DNA of 64,000 nucleotides from Callorhinchus milii (lineage: Eukaryota): contig NW_024704755.1 of the NCBI RefSeq assembly GCF_018977255.1, positions 8,866,001 through 8,930,000 of the forward strand. Reading direction: 5' to 3'. Each line of letters begins with the position of its first letter. Within the stretch, counting starts at the first letter, position 1. The notes beneath the pieces are model-generated. The model made no database searches and was not told the origin of the DNA. It saw only the letters and a list, made by a program, of their open reading frames with translations. This document shows positions 61,126 to 64,000 of the stretch, in pieces. The position numbers and the translations under genes are program-made.

Positions 61126-62114
61126 GACAATAATAATCTTTACATTTGACATACTACGTTTCACAGCTCAAAGTGTTTTACAGGATTTTTACTCTAAAGC
61201 GCAAAGGTCTTAGGGGTAAAAAAAAACCAAGAGGTTCAGGGATCACGAGCCATATATCCACAGTTTAAAATCAAGTTTAGAGGGATCTGGCAAAGTCACA
61301 GACAAACTGGACTGGGTCCAGACTGGGTTGGATAAGGAATCCTCCAAGATCAGATTTACAGGGTGTGGGTTTCACTGTATTTGCTGTTCTATAGCCAATA
61401 ACAGGTCCTAGCCAACGCAACCTGTTAAACTGAGAAGTGGCTTTCTGCTGTGCACTTCCAGTACTCTCTGTTCTTAATATTCCTGAACTTTTCAATTATT
61501 GAACTGGGCTCTCACACTAGATCTGCCAAATCTCAATGCTTTTTTTCCCCTTCAAGTTACCGATTCTCCAGTTTTTCACTGCAGCAAATAAACAATCTTC
61601 TGACTTACTGTTTAAAGGAAAAACATCAAGAGGGACCATTGGAAGCTTCCATAAATACATATTATGCTGCCGCAATAGATCTAGGGTCACCACTATTTAT
61701 CAACTGTTTAAAAGACAAATAAAAGAATAAAATGCAATAGTGTCTCCTGAAATGCTCCAAGTGTACTTGAGCAAAGATCAATGCCTGAAAACCTTTGCGT
61801 GAGAAAGTGATTGAAAAAACGGGGGCTGCCAACATTTCTTACACAAAAGTTGGCAATGATAAATTTTACATTTGTGATGTTTATCATTGCCAGCTTAACT
61901 GTTTAGCACCTTTTAATGCATGATTAACTGTCATTGTGCAGCAATGATGTGGGTTTATTCCCTGATTACAATGGAAACATTAGGTGCTATCACTTTCATT
62001 AGCAATGAAATCAAATTGATAAACACGCTCGAAATGTCAGGAGCAAAGTGACCCGATGTTTAGCACAGCACCTAGCTTCCTAGCGACCAGGGTTTCAGTT
62101 GCTATGCCCCGAAA

Positions 62115-62312
62115 ATCTGGAGCACTCTTCCTCTCCCCTTCGCCTTGCCTCTTCCTCCTCCATCTTCAGATTGCACCCGAAGACCTTACTCTTTGACCAT
62201 CCCTATGGGCACCTCTCCCCTCCCCCTGACTCGGTGTCGTGCTCCGCCACTGTCAAGCGCTCTGGGACACTAACCTGTGTGAGGGGTGCTATTTAAATGC
62301 AAGATGTTGTTA
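62115..62312 (+). mobile_element. Degenerate L2 3' end
   Basis: LRLASSSSIFRLHPKTLLFDH C-terminus plus tail. Confidence 0.7.
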
Positions 62313-64000
62313 AGCACTAGACAGTTAAATAAAGAGTTGTCCAAGTTTCCGAACATATGATGCGCTCACAGATTACACTCAGTATTTTCAGTAGTTCAAT
62401 GGTGGCAATGTACAAAGTACAACACTTAAGTGCCATCTTCTCTAATTAAGAGTCTATCTCTTTGTGCAACAAGCAACATAGCCTAAATCCCAGCACAAGA
62501 TGAAAGGACAGCACCTGGGGCAGATATGCCATGCAATCTGAGAATCTTAACAGGTAAAAGTGTGAAACACAGAGTCGTATCTAATTATCACTGTATAGCA
62601 TCTGTTATTTCTTTATATAGTAATCAGACTTTTAACGCTCCAAAAGTGCTACAGGGACTTTTTTTCAGACAACTGAAGGAGGGTGTCATGAGTTCACTCT
62701 GAAGACCAGGTCATAAGAATAATTAAAAGGGTGTAACAGCCAAGCAGAGGTTCACTGGTTCAAATTCCAGGGCTGCCCGTCACTCAGATTTGTTTACTTC
62801 CGTTGGCTGATTTTCTTCATCTATCAGTTGGGCTCCAAGAGTCCGAGAAAGCACTGGGGTATTTGAATAAGTTACCCTGCACCTAACAGAGACCATCTTT
62901 ACAAAGTCTGAAAATCACCATTACACCCATTGATCGGTAACATTCACACCAAGTGGAAGCAGGTGCCGACTAGAAGGTGGTATCTCACTTGAGGGATGTT
63001 GGATAATGTCAGAAACTGCAAGAATGATTCGTGTATTAACCTAAATCTTGTCCCCTCGTGTTTGCTTTCATCACCACTGCTGTCTGGTGCATGCTTCCCC
63101 CATCCAGTTCAGCGTCACCCAACAGGATGGAGATATATTAACACAACAGTTTGCAAGTACAGTAGCATCTTGAAGTCTTTTAACACAAATCCAGGAAGAC
63201 ATATATGATCAGCTAATGGGAAGACGTTTTACTGAAACAAATTGCACTCTGCTTTCTATGCAAGTTTGATAATAATGTACCTTATTCAGCGGGAATGTGC
63301 TTAATATCCCATCGATAGTGGACAATAATAGCAACACGAAGTGTATAGCACAAAGCAGAACATAGATACAAATCCAGGAACAGATTGCTAAAAGCCACCA
63401 ATGTCAATGAATACAGGATAAACTGGGATATACATCAGCCAATTCCACTGAACGTTTTAAAAATGTGGGAGGACCACCCTTAAGCTTCTTTAAGATTATC
63501 AGAGAAACTGTCTCACTTTTGACTACAAAATAACATTAGAAAACTAATTGATGCTAAGATGCTCATGTGCAGAGTGCTTCAGACTGAGCAGGAAAGTATG
63601 AATCAAATTTTCTGTTCAAAATCACTCTATTGCTGGTTGTAATGTTAAATTGCTGCAGCAGGAGAAAAGGAACGCAATCCCTACCACAGCTCCAATAGAG
63701 GATTGCAATTATTCCACTGGGAATTGTCAATAATTGCTGTTCAACCATTCCAGTATTAACTATTCTGGACTAGTAACAGTCACGTTTGCCTTGGAAAGTT
63801 TGACGTTCACACTAACCATGACAACTGTGTACAATATATTCACAGCTCATTAGTCCCAATCAACCTTCATCTGAAGCCAACTGTTAGTGATATGGATCAC
63901 AAAACAACCTTTTATGCAAATGATACTTTTCTTTGCATAAGACAGCGGCAGATTTGCTTAGCCAGTGTACAGCAGGTATATTTGAATATTCCAGCTGCAG

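Noticed and set aside
59955-64000. PEDS1-like exon 1
   Set aside because: No phase-1 donor preceded by an LY(S/T)PG-like sequence was found; presumed to be outside the window.

Overview
This is eukaryotic vertebrate DNA. The DeuSINE/L2/CR1 repeat content points to a cartilaginous fish, probably a holocephalan such as elephant shark (inference). Two spliced protein-coding genes face each other tail to tail, and the ORF track shows only fragments of either. (1) Minus strand: a PEDS1/TMEM189 plasmanylethanolamine desaturase family gene with five coding exons (59954-59835, 36330-36239, 34041-33897, 25815-25603, 22636-22515). All introns are GT-AG and phase-compatible, and the His motifs are intact. 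Exon 1 was not found and probably lies beyond the right edge. (2) Plus strand: a C16orf78-like (DUF4638) gene with four coding exons (15377/15380-15517, 16060-16201, 16927-17329, 20315-20465), about 277 aa from the ATG at 15380. The most notable point is the neighbourhood: this PEDS1-like gene sits next to C16orf78 rather than UBE2V1, which suggests a second, whole-genome-duplication-derived paralog lost in mammals. The rest is intronic or intergenic. It holds young tRNA-Ala-headed SINEs sharing a 3' hairpin with L2 LINEs, older SacSINE1-like SINEs, L2 and CR1 fragments, a Penelope-like hammerhead remnant, a MITE-like inverted repeat, a minisatellite, candidate CTCF sites and several CNE-like blocks. 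Family names come from recalled sequence motifs, not from database searches.
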